A stretch of 64,000 bases of DNA from Amphiscolops sp. MND2022 (taxonomy: Eukaryota): positions 40,860,001 to 40,924,000 of the forward strand of contig OZ076409.1 of the NCBI GenBank assembly GCA_964187785.1, written 5' to 3'. A model generated the notes under the pieces. It had not been told where the DNA came from. It saw nothing but the letters and a program-made list of their open reading frames with translations, and did no database searches. Made by a program: the position numbers and the translations under genes. This document shows, one piece after another, positions 13,271 through 26,340 of the stretch (position 1 is the first letter of the stretch; each line of letters begins with the position of its first letter).

Positions 13271-15404
13271 TTTTCTAGCTTTCTTCTGCTGCCTTGTAGT
13301 AGGCATCAAGAAAATTCGATTGATAAACTGAAAAGGTATTTTCAAAACACGTTCCGCACAGGTTGAACCTTGATGAGTTTTGTACCAATTGTGTCAGCTT
13401 TGGGTAGTAAGAGCAGTATATACTCCCGTCAGCATGACACCCACATTTTTTACATGATTGGATAAATAAGTCAACATTCCAAGTTTTACATGTTTTGAAG
13501 ATCACACAAACTTGAAAACAAACTCTTTAGAAGCGCCTGATTAGGACATGAGTCCCATGTCATCGTGACAAAGAAATGAGAGTCTTTTCCACCATGTAAC
13601 ATTCTAAATATTTTCTTAGTCGGCAAATCAAAGCAATTTTATATGTCAACAACGCATCAAAGAATCATCTTGCACTCAGAATGATAGGAATGTAAACATC
13701 ACTTTGCAAGCACGTGCCAACGCATGCAGGCAGAATATCTGTTCGAAATGTTTCGTTCAGCACCGCAACAGGTATTTTACATGCTAGAGAACATTTATTC
13801 CATGGCGGCCAGAAAGGGCCTTCGGACTAAAATCCAGACCTGACATTTCCGTCAGAGAGTTTCCTATGATCGGTTCATTGTGTGTGTAGCATCGGTAGGC
13901 AACAGATCATTATTATTTTATATTCTTAAGCACTAATATGTAGGAAAGAAAACATCAAGCACTTTCTGATTAAAAGCACATTATTGTTGGTCAAGTAAGG
14001 CATTCCGCATGAATAAAACAAGTATTTTCCGGAATAGGCCGATTGGCTAAGATGACCAGAGTAGCAGCTTTATTTGGTCAATTGGTCGTAACTGGCATAA
14101 TGAAAGATACTGCATAGCAACAAAATTTATAATTACTGCATCCTGATTGGCTAGTTTCCGAATTGTAAGCAACGCTGCCGAGCAAGGACGTTACCGCTCC
14201 TAAACGCGTTGCCTTTCTGCTGATTAATTGCATACAATTTCTCACAGCTCTTTTCAATACAATTTACATACATTGCAACTCCAATCGAATTGACTTCTTG
14301 ATTTGAATGTTAACAGACTAATCTAAATATTTAAATGCAACAAAAATATATGGAGAGCAACTTCTATAATGGAAAATTTTCTCATTAAAGTAAAAAGTTA
14401 TAGTTTGTTTGATTGCTGGGTAAGGTTTACCTTGGTTGCAAACCAGGAAATTATGATCTGAAAGGTCCAATATCTGGATCAGGTTGTAGATGTTTTCATA
14501 GGCACTGGAACTACACTCGGTTATCAGAAGTGAACTTACGGATATTGAGGTTTGAAGCAAGGGTTGAAACAAAGGACCGTGAGATTTTATTCTCTGAATG
14601 AATATTTTGTTTCAAGATAATAACGTGATGAAAATTACAAATCATAAAGTTTGTAAGATCCTTGTCCATTTTGTTCTACTTAGGAGAGGTGAGACATTCG
14701 TTGTCAATAACACTTGCTAATTCTCACAAAATATCCAAGTCAAATTTGGTGATGTGCCTTCCAGGTTTCTGTACATACGAGATGAGGGAAGCGGCTAGAG
14801 ATGCGTATAGGAAGGTGTCTTTGTAGATTTGCCTTGGATACTTTTTGTCAGGCAGATTGTAACGTTCAAAGTGAATGCAACGCTTGAACCAGCAAGTCAA
14901 AGTCCACTAAATGTAGGTGATCAGAAATTTTTTCATTAATTTCGCTATCGAAGATCAACTAGGGGCAATTGCAATTGAAGCTAATGACTTCGTATTTCTT
15001 TTCCCAAAGGGTATCCCAGAAAATAGTGGGGTAAAGATAGCTTTGGGTGGTTCTCGATTTTGCTCTTTTGTGGAAGTCTTTTTTGAGAATGGATTGTGGG
15101 TTCATTAGAGGTGGTTATTTTCTTATCTGAACAAATCTGTAGGTACGTTTCCCCTAAATGTCATAAAGTGGAGGAAATAGTCCCGGTAGACTGATTGATT
15201 GTCGATCTACGAAAACAATGACCCTTTTTGAGGTGATGTATTGTTTTAGATAGATATAGATTCTATCTTGATTCAGCTCAGTTCTATAGATTCGATAGAA
15301 TTCGTTTTCGATTTTGATGTAAGTCAAAAGGCAAACTCAATTAGTCACAAAACATCTTTGAATAGCAGAAATTGATAATTTCAATCAGCGCTGTTATGGT
15401 ACAG

Positions 15405-15930
15405 TTATCTACCCACGGCAGAGATTGATACTAAGATCGTCTCCGTGCTCAAAAATTTTTACCCACGGCAGAGATTTATAACTAAGATCGTTACAGTGTA
15501 ACTGAAGAAAAAGTTGTTTATCCACGGCAGAGATTGTTCACTAAGGTCGTTACCGTGCGCAAAAGTTTTTTATCCACGGCAGAGAATGATAACTAAGATC
15601 AATACCGTGCAACTGAAGAAAAATTATTTTTCCACGGCAACCATTGATAACTAAGACTCTCACTGTGCGCAAAAAATTATTTATCCACGGCAGAGATTGA
15701 TAACTAAGATCGTAAACGTGCTCAAAAATTCTTTACCGACAGCAGAGGTTGAATACTAAGATCGTTACCGTGCTGAAAAGTTATTTGCCCACGGCAGAGA
15801 TTGATACTATGATCAATACCGTGCTGAAAATAATTTTAACAACCACAGAGGTTGAAACTAATATCGTTATCGAGCTGAAAAGGTACTTACTCAGGGGAGA
15901 GGGTGATAGTCAGAAGGTTACTGTGCTGAA
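15405..15930. repeat. Minisatellite, ~10 units of 50-59 bp, each with internal inverted CACGG...CCGTG
   Basis: Repeated core CCACGGCAGAGATTGATAACTAAGATCGTTACCGTG with AT-rich linkers, degenerating toward the right end. Confidence 0.9.
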
Positions 15931-17250
15931 AATGAAAAAGAATGATTATGCATGAGCTATCGGAAAAAACTGAGGTGGGACCAAGGAGGGAGGAGAACAA
16001 AAATACACAAGAAGATTCATTTATTAGGCATAATAAAATTCCTCCAATTCTTGCCAAAGCTTCAGAAATTTTAAAATTGATTTGTAATTTGAGTTTAACC
16101 AGATAGAATCCATCGAGTCTTTAATTGTTGTGAGTGCGCTGAGTTCTTCTTTGGTCAGTTGTTCATCAGGATTTGTGGTATGTTACTCTGGCCGCAGTGA
16201 AAAAGTGTATAGGGAAAATCCGGGCTTTAACCCTCTATGGTACTGTTGTTTCGATCGGTAGTTATGGAATTTGATTTCCACTTCAGCTGTCGGGTGCCAG
16301 TCTAGTTAAGTTCTTCAACTATCATAGAAATCTCTTCAACTTCTGGCAAGACGTTCCAGGTGCCGTTGAATTTGATATTATCAAGTATCACAATTGGAAT
16401 GTCGTATTGGGTTACAGGCTTCATCTTCAGCTGAAGTTTGGAGGGAATAATCAACGTTATTCGAAAATGCTACTTGACTTCTTTTGTAAGATGCAAACAA
16501 ACTATTACTATTGCAAGAGCTTGATTTTTCAAAAGGCAAGGTTTTGTACTTTTGTATTTTTCTCTTTTCACAATGGTTTTTGTTTTATCTTCTTCTATTC
16601 TCCTACTTCGGTTGTTTTTTTTGTAGCTTTTGTAAGATTTTGCGTCCTTAAATTTTCTACATGCTTTCGAATAGTGAACTCTTTTGTTTATTTTTTTTTA
16701 TTGTTGAGTTTTTTTTTTCGTTTTGTTCATCTTGCAACATTGGCTTTTATTGTTCTTTTTATTAGAAAACCCGCCTTTGTTGTTGGATAGCTTTGGATAC
16801 CTTGTGTGTGTTTGAAGTGGCGGCTTGAAGTTTGGTTTGTGTTCAATGCGCTTTTGTTATGGTTCGATTCTGTGACCGCCATGTGTTCCTCGAGTGGTTA
16901 TTGAGTTTTGTCGTGTGTTAGATCCGCTTTTGTATGTTAGTCTGATCTCTTTATAACTACAAGTACTTTTCCTTTTTTATTTTCTCGAATGTTGTTATCG
17001 TGTATATGACACGCCCAACTGCTATAGCGGATGAAAAAAAAATAGAACGCTGAAGGTGGTAGAGATTGAGAAAAAAGCGCAAAGAATTGTCAGAAGCTAA
17101 ACCGGAGGAGAGAGGGAATTTATTATGAGTGGGAGGGTTGGTGTGAAAAATAAAAGTTAGATTGTAAGTGTATTTTGGTGTTTGGCTTTGAATTTTTTTC
17201 GCAAATGCCAAATCGTTTGCCTGCTGCCGGTGCCTATCATTCGCCTGATT

Positions 17251-18523
17251 CATTAGAGTGCACAGGCAAGCCTTATTTGCTCAAAGCGCAACAAAGTGCT
17301 TTCAATATCTCGGATTCCACGACCATACCTTTAACCGTGCAAAATTGGCAAATTACGTCATTTGTCCCGGATTCCACGGATTTAGTCGTGGATTCCAGTA
17401 ACAAATGCTTAGCTGTACGAACTGTCGGCATGCAGCGGTGTCCCAGATTCCACAAAAACGTAAGTTTTGCAAAATGAACCAATCAGAATGCAGAAATCAT
17501 AACTTTCCTGGATTCCACGACTTTATGCTCGACGCGATACGCGGCATCTCTTCTTAAATTAAATTCAAGTGGAAGACTGAACAAACAAAATATTATGCAC
17601 TACTTTTCGTATATTAATTCAAAATGATTAAGACAATCACACCAATATCACACAAAATTCGGCTTTTGAAGCGACTGTGGAAAGTAAGACCATATCATTT
17701 TACATGTGTCGTGGAAACCATATACATATCCTAAACTGTAAGAAAACAACTACCAAAGGGGGTAGATAGTACGTTAATATTTAATTCTGACTGTATTATT
17801 GTACGTCAATAATGAAATTTTGATATTCCATATTAGTGTCATGGAAAAATTGCTCAAAATTCAATGACGTTTTAGAACATTCTGACATTTATTCATAGGT
17901 GGACATTCAAAGGTGGATTTAATCATGAATAATTTTGGACACAAATTGTCACAAAGTTTGATCCTGGTCTCACGAAATTATTGACTGATCTTGCATTGTT
18001 TCTGTTTTTGAATAACATGGCAGTCATACAAAATGTCACTTGAGTTCAAAATTGGGCAAATTATGCTAAACTACCATTTGTTTGAATTGTTATTTGTCAT
18101 TTCGCTCTCACTTGGTTATATTACACAAATATTCGTATTTTCAAGTTTAGTACCGTTTTGAACAAACTGCCAGATCATCACAACCTGCCATTATTTGATG
18201 ACATGCTTCATTTTTGGTACCAGTCACGAGTATCTCTATTCGTACTTCTTGGATTTTTTTTGTCAATCAAAACAATTTCCTTTGATATAAAATTGAATTA
18301 AGTTAAAATGATTACTCAAAATCAGCGGACCAATCAGAGAGCAGCGGCAAAAGTGTCATTATAGCAGCAGTATTGGCGTGGAATCCAGGACAAGCACTGT
18401 CGTGGAATCCAAGACACGCTTAACATCAAAGAGAAATTGTGTCCTGGATTCCACGACTTTTCTCAATTTTCGTGTCCCGGATTCCACGAAAAGCAGCAAA
18501 AAGCTTGCCTGTGCACTGTAATG
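17251..18523. mobile_element. Non-autonomous CACTA/CMC-like DNA transposon, copy 1
   Basis: 21-bp TIRs CATTAGAGTGCACAGGCAAGC / GCTTGCCTGTGCACTGTAATG, 2-bp TSD TT, and many subterminal GGATTCCAC/GTGGAATCC repeats at both ends. Confidence 0.8.
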
Positions 18524-19010
18524 TTTGTTTAATGATTCGCGGTCGTTAATGAACGATCTGGAGAGCCGTTGTTGGTGGGTGTTACGCCGGAGAATGAGGT
18601 GTTGCGTCGCCCAGAACTTATTAGTATTAGGAGGGCAGTTAGACTGGTTTTGGGAGAGCACGTAAAGATGTTGAGTAGAGTGATTTATTAAAACAGAACA
18701 TTTGTAGAGAAGGGATTTGTAAATGGGGACGGTGCGTTCGTTAGTTTTTCAATTTTGTGTGTAATGTGGTGATTTTGGCTTGTTTTAGTGGAAGGAGAAG
18801 CTAAAGTCCGGGGCAAAAGATGTCTGGATTTTCGAACTGAAGGCTATCGTCCAAGGGTGGGACATTACATTTCCACAGGGACGTGAAAAAATAGCTTGGC
18901 TATTTGATCAGGGCCAGTTCTTTCAGGTCCTGCAAGACCTGGCGGAATTAGGAGGATACATAGTGTGTCTCTGTTCTGGGCATCCCAGTCCGCCTTCCAA
19001 TGGGGAGACA

Positions 19011-19212
19011 ATCATCCCCACAGGGAGAGAGAGATTAATTACTTTAAATAACTGTATTTTGTAATTTTCTGTTTTGTGGTTTTTCATTTTTTTGTTATTT
19101 TTGTAATAGCTTCAAGTTATTACAAAAAATAACATTAAATTGAAAAACCACAAAACAGTTAATTACAATATACAGTTATTTACAGTAAATCCTCTCTCTC
19201 TGTGGTGATGAT
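19011..19212. repeat. ~200 bp imperfect palindrome (fold-back)
   Basis: ATCATCCCCACAGGGAGAGAGAGATT...TTGTAATA pairs with TATTACAA...AATCCTCTCTCTCTGTGGTGATGAT around a short loop at ~19109-19116. Confidence 0.9.
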
Positions 19213-20589
19213 CGTAAAGTTTGTTTTAGTTCAAGTTGTAAGTTGAGAAATACGTGAACACTTATCGATACCTATGCTTATCGAAAAGTTTAACCAGAGA
19301 CATGGTCAGCTGAAAGTTTTGAGCAGTCGTCTTGGTGAAGACTGGTTGGTTAAAACATCAACAGTCACAGTGCTATCTATTCCAGGCTGTTCGACCATTC
19401 AAAGTGAGTTGCCATATCACCAATTTTGTTTCTGGTATTTGTCTCTGGGGGAGACTTGCTGAATGAAAACCGTCAACAGTCACAGTGGCATCTATTTCCG
19501 GCAATTCAACCATTTAAGATGAACCCCCTTAACACAAAAGTTTCCTCTGATAAAGCAAGTAAAGGTCCAAGTAATGTTTTTTCGCAAAAACCCTGAAATT
19601 GATGAGTCTAGAGGTCCTAGTAGAGTGTAGGATATTGCTGGTTGTCTGGTGACAACATTGTCGCGAAAGGAGGACCTTAGTCCGTCCCCAATAGTCTGAA
19701 AAGGGTTATAGAAGTACTTACAAACATTAGAATATCTTCAAAATGCCGGGCAGTCGAACTCAATGCGGATCTTTCCATTGAATGTCTTAGAAGACAGCCA
19801 AAGTTAGAATGTGAATTTCATTATGCGTGTGTTTTCTGTAAGGTGTCGAAGAGAAATTCTGTCCATGGATTTCACGACACAGAAAATGGTGTGTAGCGTC
19901 CGAGTTGTGTAGGGTTTTTGATGTGAATTAAAAATATAGATCAAGATTTTGATGCACCTAAAGTTTTGTTGGTGTCATAATGTGATTGTTATCATTATTT
20001 CATTCTTTATTCTTCATTGCCTTTTCGTTCAATGTCCCAGAGAGAGCTACAAGGGGCGTCTTTAGGATTTTTGGGTTTTTCGGAAAACCTTGTAGTTACT
20101 TTCTTTTTGAAATTAGATAACTTTCCTATTTTCGGGGATGTTTGATTGGGGGAGACACTTTGTGGATAGGATGTACGAATGGAAGAACCGGAGATCTCTT
20201 AGGTAGGGAGTGTTAGAAGAAAAAGCGAGAGGTAAAACTGCTAGCGGGGGCCGTGTCGTTTGCATAGGGGGAGCGGATTTGTTCCACAACGTTGAGGGGT
20301 AAGTTTCCTCGAAGCGGTACTGTTAGACGTAGAGATGGAATTGGGGTGTGAAATTGTGGGATATTTGGAGAAAAGATATCCAGAATCAGTACTAGGGGAA
20401 AGTTCAGTACCTTTGGAAGTGTGGTTATTCGGTTCTAAAGTGAGGGTTATGATGAGTGTCATAAATCTATTTTGTGCTCAGGTTGTCCTGAATTGTCTGT
20501 GTCAATTGGACTTTGAACCAAATGCTTGTAATAATTATTGTCTTGCATTATGGGGGCATAATGTTTTAGCAATGGGGACAAAGTTTCCT

Positions 20590-23500
20590 CTTTAGGAAAG
20601 TATTCTAGGGAATGATTTCGGTGAGTGACGTTTTCGCAGCGTTTTCGGGGTTCTCGTCTTCTGTTGTTTCGTATGTTGTGTTATCTGCTTTGTTAAAATG
20701 AAAAGCCCCACTCGTAATTGTTTCAATTTCTGTGATTTCAGGTCAGGTTTATCATTTTCCAATAGAACTTTTTGACCGACCTCTAGCGGTCGTCCTAGGT
20801 TGAATTGGTTCCAATACTCATGAGTCTTTGACGTGTTTTCTCTGCATCTTTCATTTGAAATCATTTTCTCTTGCTAGTATTTCGGAAGATAATTGTGGTC
20901 TGAGAAGTTGATCAAAGGACTTGTTTCGAAGGTTATTCTCACTATGTGTAGATCCGCACAAAGTCCTACTTGCATTTGTTTTTGTCGCAAAATAGTCCTA
21001 GTTCTAACGTCATAGGTATCTGTGGTTTGACACCGAAGACAATCTTGTAACGGGTCAAACCCGTTGTATAGTTTACGCTTGTATTATGGGCAAAAGCGAA
21101 TTCGGATGCATTTAGTGATCAGTTGTCTAAGGCGAATATGCTGTGCGCGATGCTTGTGTTATTCCGAGTTTTTTGGTCCAAGTTGAAAAATCACGATTGA
21201 TGAATGCTGAGCCATTATCGTGGACAATTTTTTTGTAAATTTTTGTAGGGATGCCGTACCATGTAATCCATTTGTCTAGTGCATTGATTGTAGTATGGGC
21301 TCCTGTATCTCGAACAGGGTAGACTCTAATAAATCTCAAAATTGCATGTACTACAACTAAACTGTGTGTATTCAAGTTATAGCTTGGTCTGATAGGACTT
21401 TCTGGTCAATATGAATCGTTTTGAAAGGGGCTGTTCCGAGTTCGCCCCACTATTCAAGAAGTGCTTCTTGTAAGTCGTGTCGTTTAGACTTGTAAGTCAG
21501 GCATTGTAACCCATCTTCTATTAGGGATATTATCCACTAGTATCTTCCAGGTCAAAAGAATTTCTGTCTGATGTTTTCGAACGTTTTAAATATGCCTGGA
21601 TGGCCACTGTGAGTGTGAGTGTGAACTAGATTAAAAAGGGGTCAAAAAATGACAAAGGAACACATATGTTTATTTGGCATTTGTCCGTTCCATGAACAGG
21701 CTCGTTATAGCAGAGTAAGTTGCTTTCTTTGTCGAGGAATGGCCACGGTCTTTAGGCCACTGTGAGTGTGAGTGTGAGCTAGATTAAAAAGGGGTCAGAA
21801 TAGTGATAAAGGAACACAGATTTTCATTTGGCATTTGTCCGTTCCATGAACAGGCTCGTTATAGCAGAGTAAGTTGCTTTCTTTGTCGGGGAAAAGTTGT
21901 TTAAAATTGTTGAAATACGATTGTAAGGTCTTCGATTATTGTATTTCAAATGTTTCGTTGTTGGGAGTGCTCTGGTTTCTAACCCAGGTTCGTACGATTT
22001 GTAATACAGGATCTTCAATTGGTATTGCAACTAGAGTGGCGATTTCCAGATCAACGGTCTTAGAATAATAACTTAATTTTTGTAGAAGGTCTTTCGTGTC
22101 GACGTGTGGCAATTGCTCGGTGTCGAAATCTTTGTTTAATAGGGGTCTATCAGTCTTTTGCGATTTAACCTTTTTTTTGCTGTTGATTTACCACGTTACA
22201 ATTCGTTGTTACCGCTGCAAAGGTGGAGTTCGGCAATTTCCTGTTCATCGTCACTGTGATCTGAGTCAATTTCGTCTATTCTACAAAACTCGGGTTCGCA
22301 GTGTACTTCGTGTGAGGGAAGACAAAGGTTCTTGTATTGGTTGATCAACTTCCCCAATTTGAAACAGTCAGCGATATCTTGTCGTGTTGCCATTACTGTT
22401 GGTTGATTCTCGTAGTTTTCCACCTGATGTTCTTCACCGTCATTCTTGAGATGGAGTAGTCTTTGGACTTTGCCTTTTTGGCAAACGATTGGAAAAATCA
22501 TCGTTGTGCTCGATTGTATAATGTGCTTTTGCTCCCAATGCATTTAGAAAAAACCTTTATCTTGTGGCATTTCTTTATGTAGTTTTTGCAAGTTTTTGGT
22601 TTCTTCCAATGTGTCGTTCCGACTAAGTATATCATGAAAAATGCGATTTGATCCTTTAGTCCAGATGAGTTTGAGGGTTTAAAGTGTGGTAATCACTTCA
22701 TATTTGAAGAAGCTGTGTGAGAGCTGTCCTTTCTTTCCCTAAAAGTATATTATCGGTTTGTGATCGAAATGGAGTTATATTGGGAATGGAGATTCTATAA
22801 TGTAATGTTCGTATGCTTGAAGTGTTGATACTATACCTCACAACTCTTGGTGGAGGGTGGACATTTTTTGTTCGGCTTTGTCAAACATACGAGACTTGAA
22901 AGAAACAATCCTTTTCTCTTCTGGAATTGTAGCAGGATTGATGTACCAGGATTTAACCAGTATCAACATTTGAAGTACAGACGTGTATGTGGTAGGAGTA
23001 CACAGTCGATGGAACAGCAAGAATTGTGTCTTAACATATACGACTTTTTATATCGATGAAGAGGTCTTCATGTTCGTTCGTCCATTTGAAAGGCGTTGTA
23101 GCTTTGATCAAATCGTAGAAGGGCTGACGGTCTACGTGTAGGTTCTTGATAAAACAACTATAGAATCCAAGCCAAGTACTTTCATCACTTCTCTTATAGT
23201 CGCTGGTGATTTTAAGTTTTTCAAATCCAGTTCTCGTTTTGCTAATGGCTGTATTCCTTGTTCGGAAATAACATGACTAAGGAACTCTGACGCAATTCGT
23301 CTTCACGAGTGCAGGTTTGCGTCCAGCATTTCTCAGGAAATGATGGTACTCGCGAATTTTTGTGAATATCTTTTGTTTAGTCTGTGCTTGCATTAAACTA
23401 TCATCAAGATAGGTGATGGATTGCTTCCTTTTGATGACAGGCTTAAAATGTATAGCCATGAGACGACTAAAAAAAGTTTGGAAGTCCACAGAGTCCATAG

Positions 23501-26337
23501 ATACCGCCGCGTACATACGTGTACAGTATGCCGCCGACGATAAAACTGAGTATGTAAGTCGTCGCTCAAGGGTACTTGGTAGAATGCGCATGATAAGCCA
23601 CTGACTGTGAAATACGTTTCTTTAATTCGTGTCATAATCATCAGTATGTGCTCTAATGGCCACGAGTAATTAGTCAGGTCTGTTATAAAACTTAAGTAGC
23701 GGTTACTTAACATCAATTACGAACTCCTCGAAGTCGGTGGTGGGCATTAGAAAGATCGGATTGACAAAAAGGGAACCTAATTCGTCGTCATCCCACGTTT
23801 CTCTCATGAGATCGGCTTCTTGAAGTGCTCCAAGTAGATTCTCAAGCTTGTCTTTCAAGTGAAGGGGTACTTTGCTGGGTCTTTGTTTCTTGAGTTCTCA
23901 ATTTGCTTTGAGGGTCACGTGAAATTTTTGACGTACTTTCCCGACGTCCAATTTTTGTTGTAAAGGTACTTCCGCTGAGTCAGTGAGCATCTCAAATAAG
24001 ACAACTAACACTTCATTCTGTAGAACGGTATATCCGAAATCAAATTTTCAAACGTATGCCTTGATTTCTTCATGCTGATATTGGAGATAGTAATCTGTCA
24101 TTGTATCGTTTTCTCCTTTGATTTAAGTTCAACAAATTGTTCGGTACAGAGTGGCTGACAAGATTTAGCATCAGTGGCAAAATATCAACATTCGTGTTAC
24201 CATTATCAACAAGTTATGCGTGTCCAAATAAATTTTATATGCAACTACGAAATTCCTCGGTTTTGATGTTCTTAACATCTTTCCTTCACAATTAAACCAT
24301 AGATGAACCTATTGGCTTCGTTATCCCAAAAAATAAATTTGATCCGACAAAAAGTTTCGATTGGTCTACGAAATTTTGAAATTCCTTCTTCTTTTCACAC
24401 AACTTTCTCACAGAAGTCATTTTTCCATTTACCGACACATTTCCGGGTGCATAGTGTTTGTTATTCTCGCGAGAGTGTTTGTGTAGGCGGGTGGTTTTGG
24501 CATCGAAACAAATCGAGTTATCCGTTCGTTTTGTTCCAACTTTTGAAAAGTACCTTAGCAAATTGTGTTAGAAACATGTTGACGACAGAAATTTATTCCC
24601 AGCAAGTTAGTTGTCATTGCTTCTGTTATCCAAAACTTTAGTTCTACGGGATGGAGTCCATCTGAGTCAAAGCTGTAAGTAATTGTTGATCCTAGCATCA
24701 GTTTAACTTCCCCAGTATAGGTTCTAGTCAGTTGTATGCTTCTGATTACCGTGATAGGTTTTCCAAAGTATAAAAATAAAAGCTCTGTCTTCGATGCTTG
24801 AACAGGCTGCCCCTGTGTCTAGCGCGAATTCAATTTCTAACCCCCTATCTTTTTGGAGTCTCCGGTGGGCAAAAAGAAGAGATTTTAGTGAACACGTGAT
24901 TTGAGGTTACTCTCTTTGTCTTGTCGCGGAGACTTTCGCGGTTTGAATGATTGAACGAGATTGTACTAATTTTGTCCTGTCCTTCTACGTCAATGAACTG
25001 TACGGAGTTTGGGAAACTGTTTTTGTTGATTGGAAAATCCGGTTGTACTCCGAATTCGTGTTTTGCGGTCGTGCACTGAAGTTATACGGACTATTTGGCC
25101 TGATTCCAGTATGTGAGGTGTTGTTCCGTTTATTAGAATTTTTGGGAGTTGGTCTAGTACCCCAAGAGAAACTGTTGTTGTTGAAGTTGTTCAATTGCTG
25201 TGAGTTGTTTCGGTTCCAGTTATCATTCCGTTGATTTCCTTCGTTCGCTCGCTCTCTGTTAAAGTTTTGGTTCGACTTCTGATTAGTCCTCTTGTCATTA
25301 TTAAAATTCGGTTTCAGCGAAGACTGATAATTTTGTTGTCATCCAACGCTGGGTCCCTTCCGTTTGTTGTAGTCATTGGTGAAGGTGACCTTCTCTACTT
25401 CGTTAGCGCTTGATTGTGCTCTCTTTGCTTCATCATCATAGATCTTTTTGCAACAATATTGGAGTGTGTGACCATTTTGTTGGCAATATTTACAAAATCG
25501 TGTGATATTCTGGCGACACGTGATTTTTACGTCTACTGCAGAGACACTGTAGTCATGACAGTGAGAGGTTGAGCATCCGTAAGTTAAAGGTTTAGTTACA
25601 GCCAATGAACTGACTTCTTGTTCTTTGAGCACATTCGTCATTGCATTTATGTCTTCCCGTATCTCGTTTATCAACGTTTTCTGATTTTCTGAGGAGCTTG
25701 AAGCTAACTGTGAGCTGATGGTGGAAACAAGGTCTTTATTAGTTACGTGTTCCTGAAATTGTTCCCAAGTTGCGTTGTGGTATTCAATTACGTATTGGTG
25801 ACCTTGTTCTTGAGTTCGTTTGGCGTTAATCCTCTGACAGCAAATTTTATGTTTTTTTGCCTCCTTTGGGCATTCAATGCGACTATGGCTGCGTTAACAG
25901 CGTTTTCTTCATCTGGACGTCCTCTATCGACAGCTCGTTTTTTTGGTGGAAGAAATTCTTTATGTTTTCTTCATTTCCTCTGACACTGTTTTCTGCTGTT
26001 GTTGTGTATCTGTATTCATCTCTATTGTCGAAAAAGCATGGTATGAAATGCCTAATGATATGTTGCCAATCGTGTCCTTTGTTGTCTGCGTGCCATTCAG
26101 CGGCAGGCCTTTCTGAGGGAGATGAAATAGTGCTTTTTTGCAAAGTAATTATCTTCCTCGATCGTCATCATTTCCGGGTTCATGACCCACCGAAAAATTG
26201 ATTTCGATCTGAACAGTTGTGAGAAAAGATCTAACGTCTTGTTTGGGGTCTTTTCCCAAGAATTTGTCCAACGCGAGGTAGGGAAATGAAACTGCCATTC
26301 TTCTCTTTTTCTTGTATGTGCCTGACTGGTCGCACCA
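20590..26337 (-). mobile_element. Decayed Ty3/Gypsy retrotransposon internal region (gag-PR-RT-RH-IN), multiply frameshifted
   Basis: PBS TGGTGCGACC at 26337-26328 after LTR end ...CTTTACA. Gag start MAVSFPYLALDKF; knuckle CKYCQQNGHTLQYC (~25460-25500); protease FALDTGAACS (~24800-24830); RT ITYLDD (~23400); RNase H SFKSRMFDKAEQKMSTLHQEL; integrase IVHDNGSAF (~21210). Domain order is the Gypsy order. Confidence 0.9.
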
Positions 26338-26340
26338 GTT

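Noticed and set aside
15405..15930. CRISPR-like array of palindromic repeats
   Set aside because: Linkers are short, AT-rich and related to each other rather than unique spacers; no cas genes; eukaryotic context.
16407..16790. Hydrophobic membrane-protein-like ORF
   Set aside because: Phe-rich translation of T-rich sequence that is the reverse of an A-rich decayed frame.
21602..21890. ~155-bp tandem duplication inside the integrase zinc-finger region
   Set aside because: Real but an ordinary decay event in a dead element.
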